A stretch of DNA of 29,414 nt from an uncultured archaeon. Lineage in GTDB: Archaea > Asgardarchaeota > Lokiarchaeia > Sigyniarchaeales > SOKP01. Made by a program: the position numbers and the translations under genes. Below the pieces are notes generated by a model. That model saw only the letters and a list, made by a program, of their open reading frames with translations, had not been told where the DNA came from and searched no databases. Of this stretch, positions 1 to 7,724 are shown in pieces. The stretch's first letter is position 1. Each line of letters begins with the position of its first letter. The stretch lies in NCBI GenBank assembly GCA_964388035.1, contig CAYLZE010000040.1, positions 1 through 29,414 of the forward strand, given 5' to 3'.

Positions 1-270
1 TTCGGAGCTTCTTGGAAGGCAAGTCTAAGTAGGATGTTTGGGTACGTGGTTGGTCCCGTATTCAATACGATAGGAAACATTCTCGTGCTCGTGGGACTCA
101 TCTTGTTCATCTGGGGATTATTTACTTTGTTATGCTCCCATGCTCTAAAAGGGGTCAAACTCATGGTGGAAGGGGTGATCATCCTCCTTCTTGCTAGCAT
201 GTTTATGGGATTTGATTTCATCCTATTTTTCGCAGGAAACGATCCCAGTACCTCCCGAGGGTATCAATAA
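1..270 (+). CDS. Membrane protein with two hydrophobic helices, probably 5'-truncated by the window edge
   Basis: Frame 1 is open from base 1 (FGASWKASLSR-MFGY...) to TAA at 268-270, so the ATG at 34 may be internal. Two hydrophobic stretches (ILVLVGLILFIWGLFTLL; LMVEGVIILLLASMFMGF) are separated by a short basic loop. Confidence 0.7.
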   Translation, partial: FGASWKASLSRMFGYVVGPVFNTIGNILVLVGLILFIWGLFTLLCSHALKGVKLMVEGVIILLLASMFMGFDFILFFAGNDPSTSRGYQ

Positions 271-436
271 GTTATCAATAAGTTCATTTTTAACTTATTT
301 ATATGAATTTTAATTTTAATAAACCATACTTGAACAGGAATTCCCTTTAAATATTGAAAATAGACATCTCTTTCATTTTCTCCGATTTTAAAAGAAAAAC
401 CTAACTAAAAGATATAAAAAATAAATAATTAATTGA

Positions 437-658
437 TTAAATTCGGATGTGGAAATATCTAAGCCCTGTAGACCATCCACAAATTAACAATAATAATCCC
501 GATATAATAATAATAGGCATGGAATATCGAATTCTACCATGAGATCTACTAAAAAGCAAGATTAAAACGCCGAAAATTAAACCCAATAACCCTAAAATAG
601 AGCCAAGCGCTATAATAAATGCAATTGCATCACCCACCCGGTCGAAATAATCTATCAT
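437..658 (-). CDS. Small two-TM hairpin membrane protein (VirB2/TrbC/CedA1 pilin-like topology)
   Basis: 73 aa. Gly-rich hydrophobic helix (AIAFIIALGSILGLLGLIFGVLILLF), basic loop (SRSHGRIR), second helix (PIIIISGLLLLICGW). A GTGAT SD-like motif lies just upstream. The pilin call rests on topology only. Confidence 0.7.
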   Translation of the reverse strand: MIDYFDRVGDAIAFIIALGSILGLLGLIFGVLILLFSRSHGRIRYSMPIIIISGLLLLICGWSTGLRYFHIRI

Positions 659-750
659 GAAATCACTTTTTGTATTTTATTATTTAATGTTATTTTAAGT
701 CTTCTTCACATCAATCTATTTAAAAAAAAAAGAGTTATCCTACCAATAGT

Positions 751-771
751 CTCAAGCATGACTTGCTTGAG
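751..771. promoter_or_regulatory. Perfect 8-bp inverted repeat CTCAAGCA-N5-TGCTTGAG (operator or hairpin)
   Basis: ctcaagca at 751-758 and tgcttgag at 764-771, in an AT-rich intergenic region between the Zn-ribbon gene and the 73-aa gene. Confidence 0.45.
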
Positions 772-812
772 TACGATAAAATATTATCCAAAAAAAATAA
801 AAAATTCTATGG

Positions 813-1130
813 CTAATATCCATATACTTGTAATTCCTTGAATTCTTCAATTAACTCTTTTATGGGCTCGCAAGATCCACTTTCAATACAATTAAAACAA
901 GGCTCATCTGCCCAAAAGTAAGATTTTTGGTTTTGTTTCTCTATAATTAATATTGGGAATTGAGATTTCGGACAGAGTAGTCCCGAGGCCTCGATTTTTC
1001 CCCGTTTAGGGAGGGGATACGAGGTACCACAGGCATCGCACTTTACAAAGCGCTTGTAATTGCTGGTCTTATACAGGATTAACGAGCATTCACACTTGGG
1101 ACAGGTCCCAATCTCTTCAATTTTTTTCAT
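813..1130 (-). CDS. Stand-alone topoisomerase I-type C4 zinc-ribbon protein
   Basis: GTCPKC...KRFVKCDACGTSYPLP...CPKS...PCFNC...C resembles the tandem Zn ribbons at the C-terminus of type IA topoisomerases. No topoisomerase catalytic core is present. Confidence 0.75.
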   Translation of the reverse strand: MKKIEEIGTCPKCECSLILYKTSNYKRFVKCDACGTSYPLPKRGKIEASGLLCPKSQFPILIIEKQNQKSYFWADEPCFNCIESGSCEPIKELIEEFKELQVYGY

Positions 1131-1232
1131 AATTTTTCTTGAAATTATATAATTATAACATGTTATAAATAGATATTTATAAAGGAAAAAGAAAAAAATA
1201 AGATGAAAATTAGAATTTGATAAAAATTTAAG

Positions 1233-2480
1233 TTAAGTTTCAAGTAAAGACTTGGCGTTTTTCTGCCACTCTAATATCTTTTTAGATGTAATTCCCGATA
1301 ACTTCTTAGATAATTCTCCGGCATCTTCTTTTAATAAATCTTCTACAGTGTTTATTCCTTGCTCTCGCAGATTTTCTGCGGTGCCCTCTCCAATTCCTTT
1401 TATATCGGTTAAAATAGTATTCATATCGGATTCAGAATCTCCATCTTCCTCTCCGCTATCTTCTTCTTCCTCTTTTTCTTCTTCATAAAAGTCATCCACT
1501 TCTAACTTAGATTTAGAAGCCGTGGACATCTCTGTTTCTTCGGTATCTGCCACTCCCAAACCCGTGATGAAGAATTCGCATTCATTGGGAGGCAAATCTG
1601 GAGCATCTACAATTACTGCTTTCCTTTTAAGCGAGGAATTGGAGGAAAAACCCTTGGTCTTAAACATTACTCGAAAATGACACCCGTGCGCCACGATATT
1701 ACCTCCAATTGCATCGTCTGCAGAAAACATGCCCATCATTTTCGTGGCCACTTGATTCGTGAGGATCACCGCCACGTTATAGGTCTCTGCTATCCTAGAA
1801 AGAGCATGGATCATTCCGTTTAAGACTCCTTGACGTCTCGCTAACATCCCGATGCCCATGTATTCCGCCCGTAATAGCGCCATTAAACTATCCATCACGA
1901 TTAAGCGCACGTTTCGGTTTTTACACAAGGATTCTGCTTTCATGATCATTTGGGATTGATGATCCGAACTATAGATCCGTGCTTGAAAGATATGCGAAAG
2001 TACTTCCTCTGGCTTTAATCCGAACCGTTTTGCGATGCGAATGATTTTGCTCTTGGAAAAAGTGTTCTCCGTATCTATGTAAATTACCGCACCTTCCACG
2101 CCCCCCTTTTTCTTGGGAAGCTGTGCAGTGACTGCTAGCGTATGAGAAAGATTCGTCTTGCCGGATTTGAAAGGACCAAAAATTTCGGTTAATTTCCCGG
2201 TATGAATTCCCCCCTGAAAGATGCCATCCAACGAAGAAGAGCCCGTGGTAATGTACTCCACGTTTTCATAGATCTCTGTGGCAGGAGTAAATTCCGTCAT
2301 GCCCAATCCGCTACGAGCATTCCAAATGAGTTTTTTTGCGGTATTATCTCCCAATCCATTTATGTCCGAAACGATGCCGATGGGGGACATGGCTAGTGCT
2401 TCCGCGGTTCCAATCCCGTTCTCTTGAAGCAATTTAATTTGCCGGGGATTAATTCCCTTTATTTGACTTAGATCTGCCAT
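1233..2480 (-). CDS. radA: RadA/Rad51-family recombinase with acidic linker and extra C-terminal HhH domain
   Basis: N-terminal HhH (LSQIKGI...ENGIGTAEALA), FxxA oligomerisation motif (FTPA), ITTGS..LD..F.GG, Walker A GPFKSGKT, YIDTENTF, Walker B LIVMDS, TNQV, GGNIVAH. C-terminal LTDIKGIGEGTAENLREQGINTVEDLL. GGTGA SD upstream. Confidence 0.93.
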   Translation of the reverse strand: MADLSQIKGINPRQIKLLQENGIGTAEALAMSPIGIVSDINGLGDNTAKKLIWNARSGLGMTEFTPATEIYENVEYITTGSSSLDGIFQGGIHTGKLTEIFGPFKSGKTNLSHTLAVTAQLPKKKGGVEGAVIYIDTENTFSKSKIIRIAKRFGLKPEEVLSHIFQARIYSSDHQSQMIMKAESLCKNRNVRLIVMDSLMALLRAEYMGIGMLARRQGVLNGMIHALSRIAETYNVAVILTNQVATKMMGMFSADDAIGGNIVAHGCHFRVMFKTKGFSSNSSLKRKAVIVDAPDLPPNECEFFITGLGVADTEETEMSTASKSKLEVDDFYEEEKEEEEDSGEEDGDSESDMNTILTDIKGIGEGTAENLREQGINTVEDLLKEDAGELSKKLSGITSKKILEWQKNAKSLLET

Positions 2481-2540
2481 TACTTTTTCACCTTTTTTTT
2501 TTACATTTTATTTGTGATAAATACGTTTGCAGATATTTTT

Positions 2541-2602
2541 GGTTCCTTCTTTATAAAGAAAAAATTAAGGACGGAACCTTCTCTTGCGGTTCGTTGTTCC
2601 TT
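2541..2602. promoter_or_regulatory. Divergent promoter region with a palindromic TATA-like element and GGTTC/GAACC inverted repeats
   Basis: Perfect 14-bp palindrome TTCTTTATAAAGAA at 2547-2560. GGTTCC at 2541, GGAACC at 2573 and GGTTC at 2588. It lies between the divergent radA and surface-protein genes. Confidence 0.4.
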
Positions 2603-2666
2603 TTTCTTTTAAATACTTCTACCAGAATGCAAGGAATAATTCAATTTATTAAAAATAGACGCAAAA

Positions 2667-5600
2667 ATGAAGAAAATAAATCAACTAATCTTTGTTGTAA
2701 TCACGGTGATCTTGCTGTTTTTACTCTCATTTCATCAAGTGAGACTTGCTAATGAACAAGGGGATCCTCTTGGATTACTCAACTCGAATGCTCCTATTTT
2801 AGAGAATCATGATTCTATTAATAATGATGATTCTCCCATAAACGGGATGCAAGCTTCCTCCTTTTCTACGGTTGTAATTCTAAATCCAGCTCCTTCTAAT
2901 GATGAAATTATCTGCAGTACCCATCCTCTCTTAAGCGTGTATTTACACGACCCATACGCCAGAACTTGGACCATCATTTTTTATGATGCTTCGAATGATG
3001 GAGAGATTGGAAGAGTAAATGATATAATGACCGATACCCGAGCAAGCGTGGAATGGAAAGGGTTGTTTTACGGACTCGAGTATCGATGGTACGCGAATGC
3101 TACCGATGGCATGAACCAGAAACAATCGGGCATTTTTAATTTTTCGGTGGATATCAATGTTCCTTCCTACCATTTGGAGCAAGAGATTTATTGGGGGGAA
3201 GGAGAAAATGTTAATGGCAAGAGCATTATTACCAACCCAGAGGGAAATATCTATCAAGCAGGGACGCTTAAAAATGGTCCTCACGGGAATGATGACATGT
3301 ATGTGGTAAAATTTGATACCCAAGGAGACGAAGAATGGAACAAGATTATTGGTGGCGCGAATTATGACATGGCGAATGATATCGCAAGGGATTCCGAAGG
3401 AAATGCATACCTCGTGGGTACTTATAATTTTATTCCCGGACATTCGGATCATAAAATATGTCTGGTAAAATTAGATGATCAGGGAAATCAAAAATGGATC
3501 CATAATTACTCTTCAGGCACGTATGGAGATGGGATTCAAATCGATAAAGAGGATAACATTTATCTCCTTGGCTGGTCAAGCCTTACTTATAACATTCTTT
3601 TACTTAAATATGACTCGGAAGGCAATCTTATCTGGGATAGGCAATGGAGTGGAGCGGGAAATGATATAACTTGTGGTCCCGCCATTGCCGGAGATGATGA
3701 AGGAAATGTCTACATCGCAGGAGCGACCACGAGCGCGGGAAAAGGCGGTTATGATGTTCTCTTGATCAAGTTTAATTCTTCGGGAGCAGAGTCGTGGAAT
3801 AGAACATGGGGCGGCGTCGAAGATGACCAAGCATATTCCTTGGCGGTAGATGGCGAAAATAACATTTACATTGCCGGAGATACGGAAAGTTTTCTCGTCA
3901 ATGGGGATAAGACCCAATTTCTGGCGAAATACGATGGAGAAGGAGACCTGATGTGGAATCGAACGTGTTCAGGAATGGAAGGAGCTACTTGCCGCTCAAT
4001 AATCACCGATTCCGAAGATACAATTTACATGACGGGATGCAATTATCAATCCTTTTCAGAACGATACGTGTATTTATTAATGTATGATAATCAAGGCAAT
4101 GAATTGTGGCAGACCAAGTGGGGTCCTTCCTCGGATATTACAGGCTATTCCCTTGCCTTCACAACAAAAGAAGACATTCTAATATCGGGAAAGGTAAAAT
4201 CTTTTGGTAGCCACGTGGATGATTTTTTCATTATACGATACAAAAAAGATATTGTCTCTTCCGATTCTCAATTCTCGCTCCTGGAGCAAAATATTCGGGA
4301 TAGTCTCGCCTATAACATTCAGTTCTATAATGATCTAGAAGCACAAGGAGAGCAAGGCTATTATCCCACCATCCATCCTCCTTCCATACATGCCACGTTC
4401 TATGCAATATCTATCTTGAATTATTTGGGAGAATTAGATCATGCGAATGCCACGGAATTAGTTGCATATCTCATGAGTCATTATGATAATGAAGGGGGAA
4501 TCTTTTCCGATTTCTATTCAGATCGCTATTTAGATACAGACTTGGATAAGGATCAACCCCCACCTTTAACCTCTCAATTGGAAATAAATTGCTATGCCGT
4601 CTTGACCCTGGAAATCTTGGGAGAGCTCGGTCAGATCGACTCCCAGAAAATGAGGACCTTTATTTGGAGTTGCTATCATCCTCTCGAAGGGGGATTTCTG
4701 GGCTTGCCCTACGATGTATCTTTAGAAGATGAGTTATCATTTCCTACCGCGGATAATACCTATTTTGCCGTGAAAGCCTTAAACGCGTTAGGAACAGATT
4801 GGGGAACGCATTCCTCGGAAGAAAACAAGATCAAGCTATTTCTGGCCAGCCTGCAATGTTCGGATCCGGGAATCTATTTAGGCGGCTTTTATAACGAAAA
4901 AGATGATTTGTTCAACTCTTTAGTTATTTATGAGACTAATTTGTTGGCTTCCTATTATTGCCTTGCCACCTTGTATTCATTTAATGCATTATCCTATATC
5001 AATGCAGAAAATTTAGGCACTTACCTCACTTATCTCTATAATGTTGAGGGGAGCTATTTTGTTATATGTCCTAACCACAGATATTTTGATACGAATAAAA
5101 CCAATCCAAACATTCAAGCTACCGCACTGGGATTGATCGTATCCCATCTCGCGGATTATTCCATTAACGTGAATGGGGTGACTAATTACCTGCTAACTCA
5201 TCGAAATAGCAGGGGAATTTGGGATAAATCCACGATGATTCCCTATCATGAATTAGTGTATACCTATCAGATCCTTCGGGCTCTCTCGGAGGCAGGAGAA
5301 ATAAATCTCTTGACCGCAGATGCTAAAGAAGAAATCGCGAATGCCACCGATCAATTTTATTTTTATAATGGCTATTCCTTGCTGTCTAGCGATTATACCA
5401 CGCAGGAGAGGTTAAATACCTTGGTAAACGCGTATGATCATTATTATGACTTGCAAGCTATTAACGAACTAGATATAGCAGACATTTTTGCTCAAATTAA
5501 GAATTCCTTTCTAAAATTTCCCAGCGTTAATGTCTATCAATTTTATAGCTACATAATATTTAGTGAAGGAGAAGAATATTATCACACTCACCCTTTTGAA

Positions 5601-7484
5601 TACGAGACCACGGGTACCCATGAACGAATTTATGAATTCAATGCATATAAGAATCCTCGAGCGATCTATGAAGCATTGAATACCTTGTCTAAGAGTGGAA
5701 AATTAGGTGCATTTGAATCCCAGACAGGAGTAGGAATGAATGAGATCTTGAATTCCTTGTTAGCTTGTCAGTTTATCGAAGTAGGCTATTCGAATTCTGG
5801 AGGATTCCTTCCCGACGGGCTTAAAGTGTATTTTTCTCCCGAACTGAGAAATATCTACATTTATCCCGAACACGCTTATTACGTGATAAAAGCCTTGGAA
5901 CTTCTTGCAGATTATTTAGAGTTAGGAGACATTACCGCGTTAAATTTTGATCAAGCCCAATTAGCCTCGTACGTCCTCTCCATGAAAGTGGAGACGCCGA
6001 CTGAAATTTACTTCCAACCTCCTTATGGAGGAGATTCATTGGAAGTCTTGGAAACCACGTATCAATGCATTTATATCTTGAATGCGATCCATCAACTTTC
6101 CTTGGATGTTCCAAAAGTAAAAAATTTCGTGGAATCCCATCTCACTTATTCGAATATTAAAGAGCTCTATTATTGCTACAAATTGGATGGTATTTTAGAG
6201 TTGAATTTGGAATACAATATTTCTTCAATTCGGGATTTATTGCAAGACACGTTTAGCCCAACCCTTCATGAATTTTACTTGACTCCCCAAAAAGATCAAA
6301 TTGATCAGCGGGCTCTTTTTTGGGTGATCGAAATGGGATACGATATAGGATTCCTCACAGAAGACATGATCGCTCCTCGAATATATCTCGAACTCCCGTT
6401 GGATAATAAATATCAAGGAGATTCGTGTCCTATATTAAAAATGTATGTGGATGAATCCAACTTACAACAAATCTCCTACTCTTTATCAAATGACACTCAA
6501 TGCATTTTTCAAAGCATTTCGAAGGAAGATCTTGAAAACATCAATGGATTATGGAAATTTGAGGGATATATATCTGAAGGGCTATGGAAGAATTTCGGAA
6601 ATGGAACGGTTATCCTTACAATAAATGCAAGTGATAAAAATGGAAATGAAGCTTGTTCATCAATTTTGTTGAAAAAAGAGCTTTCCATGCCTTCTCTTAT
6701 TATAGAACATCCTAACAACGCCTCTTTGCACGGAATTTTAGCTCCAACCTTCCAATTAAATATTGAAGGTAAAATCCTCGATTCTTACTGGTATACCTTG
6801 AATAATTCCATAAAAATGATGCAAAGCCCTGTTTTTAAGAATTTTTCCGCATTAGAAGGGAGTATATCTCAATCCCTCTGGAATCAGTTTGGAAATGGTA
6901 GCATTAGCTTAAGCTTTACCATATTAAACGAAGTTGGAGGAAAAGTAGTTAAAACCATTCAAATTCGAAAAGATAACATCATACCAATAATTAATATTCA
7001 TTCCCCAAATTTAGAAGGAGATGTCAATCCCATTTATCACGAACAAGCACCTTTTTATAATATCACGATAACGGATTGGAATCTTGATGCGGTATGGTAC
7101 ACGCTAAGTGATAATGCAAATATATTTCCTCTAGCGAAGCACGATTTTACGGGTAATATTGACCAAGAGGCATGGAATCATTATGAGAATGCAAATATTA
7201 CAATAACTTTCCATTCCATTGATACAGCCAGAAATTACTATGAAAAAAGCCTCATCGTCGAGAAGGTAATAAAAACATCAGCGAGAGGAGGATCGGGAGA
7301 AAAAAAGGGGAATAAAAATAACATTCCCGAAAATAATACATCACCAAACTCTTCTCTGGAACGTGCTGGAAATTTTCCTTTAAGTACAATGGTACTCTTA
7401 GGACTATTCTCAGGACCGGGCGCAATGATCATATCCTCAGTATTCATAAGAAAGAAATTCTTAAAAGAAATTAAACATCCTTAA
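2667..7484 (+). CDS. Large secreted, C-terminally anchored surface protein: Ig/FN3-like domain, SBBP beta-propeller, prenyltransferase/squalene-cyclase-like alpha/alpha repeats, three Ig-like repeats, TM anchor
   Basis: Signal peptide (MKKINQLIFVVITVILLFLLSF). About 7 repeats of D.EGN.Y.AG...D..L.K.D..G...W....G (~3174-4248). Repeats such as TFYAISILNYLG, TYFAVKALNALG and GGF (~4350-6350). Three P.I.I..P...NL...WY.L...W..FGNG...I repeats (~6363-7272). C-terminal TM followed by RKKFLK. Confidence 0.85.
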   Translation: MKKINQLIFVVITVILLFLLSFHQVRLANEQGDPLGLLNSNAPILENHDSINNDDSPINGMQASSFSTVVILNPAPSNDEIICSTHPLLSVYLHDPYARTWTIIFYDASNDGEIGRVNDIMTDTRASVEWKGLFYGLEYRWYANATDGMNQKQSGIFNFSVDINVPSYHLEQEIYWGEGENVNGKSIITNPEGNIYQAGTLKNGPHGNDDMYVVKFDTQGDEEWNKIIGGANYDMANDIARDSEGNAYLVGTYNFIPGHSDHKICLVKLDDQGNQKWIHNYSSGTYGDGIQIDKEDNIYLLGWSSLTYNILLLKYDSEGNLIWDRQWSGAGNDITCGPAIAGDDEGNVYIAGATTSAGKGGYDVLLIKFNSSGAESWNRTWGGVEDDQAYSLAVDGENNIYIAGDTESFLVNGDKTQFLAKYDGEGDLMWNRTCSGMEGATCRSIITDSEDTIYMTGCNYQSFSERYVYLLMYDNQGNELWQTKWGPSSDITGYSLAFTTKEDILISGKVKSFGSHVDDFFIIRYKKDIVSSDSQFSLLEQNIRDSLAYNIQFYNDLEAQGEQGYYPTIHPPSIHATFYAISILNYLGELDHANATELVAYLMSHYDNEGGIFSDFYSDRYLDTDLDKDQPPPLTSQLEINCYAVLTLEILGELGQIDSQKMRTFIWSCYHPLEGGFLGLPYDVSLEDELSFPTADNTYFAVKALNALGTDWGTHSSEENKIKLFLASLQCSDPGIYLGGFYNEKDDLFNSLVIYETNLLASYYCLATLYSFNALSYINAENLGTYLTYLYNVEGSYFVICPNHRYFDTNKTNPNIQATALGLIVSHLADYSINVNGVTNYLLTHRNSRGIWDKSTMIPYHELVYTYQILRALSEAGEINLLTADAKEEIANATDQFYFYNGYSLLSSDYTTQERLNTLVNAYDHYYDLQAINELDIADIFAQIKNSFLKFPSVNVYQFYSYIIFSEGEEYYHTHPFEYETTGTHERIYEFNAYKNPRAIYEALNTLSKSGKLGAFESQTGVGMNEILNSLLACQFIEVGYSNSGGFLPDGLKVYFSPELRNIYIYPEHAYYVIKALELLADYLELGDITALNFDQAQLASYVLSMKVETPTEIYFQPPYGGDSLEVLETTYQCIYILNAIHQLSLDVPKVKNFVESHLTYSNIKELYYCYKLDGILELNLEYNISSIRDLLQDTFSPTLHEFYLTPQKDQIDQRALFWVIEMGYDIGFLTEDMIAPRIYLELPLDNKYQGDSCPILKMYVDESNLQQISYSLSNDTQCIFQSISKEDLENINGLWKFEGYISEGLWKNFGNGTVILTINASDKNGNEACSSILLKKELSMPSLIIEHPNNASLHGILAPTFQLNIEGKILDSYWYTLNNSIKMMQSPVFKNFSALEGSISQSLWNQFGNGSISLSFTILNEVGGKVVKTIQIRKDNIIPIINIHSPNLEGDVNPIYHEQAPFYNITITDWNLDAVWYTLSDNANIFPLAKHDFTGNIDQEAWNHYENANITITFHSIDTARNYYEKSLIVEKVIKTSARGGSGEKKGNKNNIPENNTSPNSSLERAGNFPLSTMVLLGLFSGPGAMIISSVFIRKKFLKEIKHP

Positions 7485-7530
7485 TCGATATTTTTTTGTT
7501 TTTATTTTTTCTATCATTCTTTTTTTATGT
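7485..7530 (+). terminator. Oligo-T tract, putative archaeal terminator
   Basis: Several runs of T6-T7 directly follow the stop codon at 7484. Confidence 0.4.
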
Positions 7531-7724
7531 TTATACTCCCAGCATTACTAATAGTTCTCCCAAACGAACCCTTGAATCATTTTATAGAAAAGAGAAAACT
7601 ACTACTTTGAATTTTTAACATTTTTTCTTTTTATAATATTAACTTTTTTAGGTATCACTGAATGTAAAAAGGATTTTTTTAAAAGAAATTAAAAGTACAA
7701 TGTGATTTTTAAGAAAAGTAAAAA

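Noticed and set aside
4350-6350. Active squalene-hopene cyclase or protein prenyltransferase
   Set aside because: Only the structural repeats are evident. The domain is in a secreted, membrane-anchored protein and I could not place a convincing DxDD catalytic motif.
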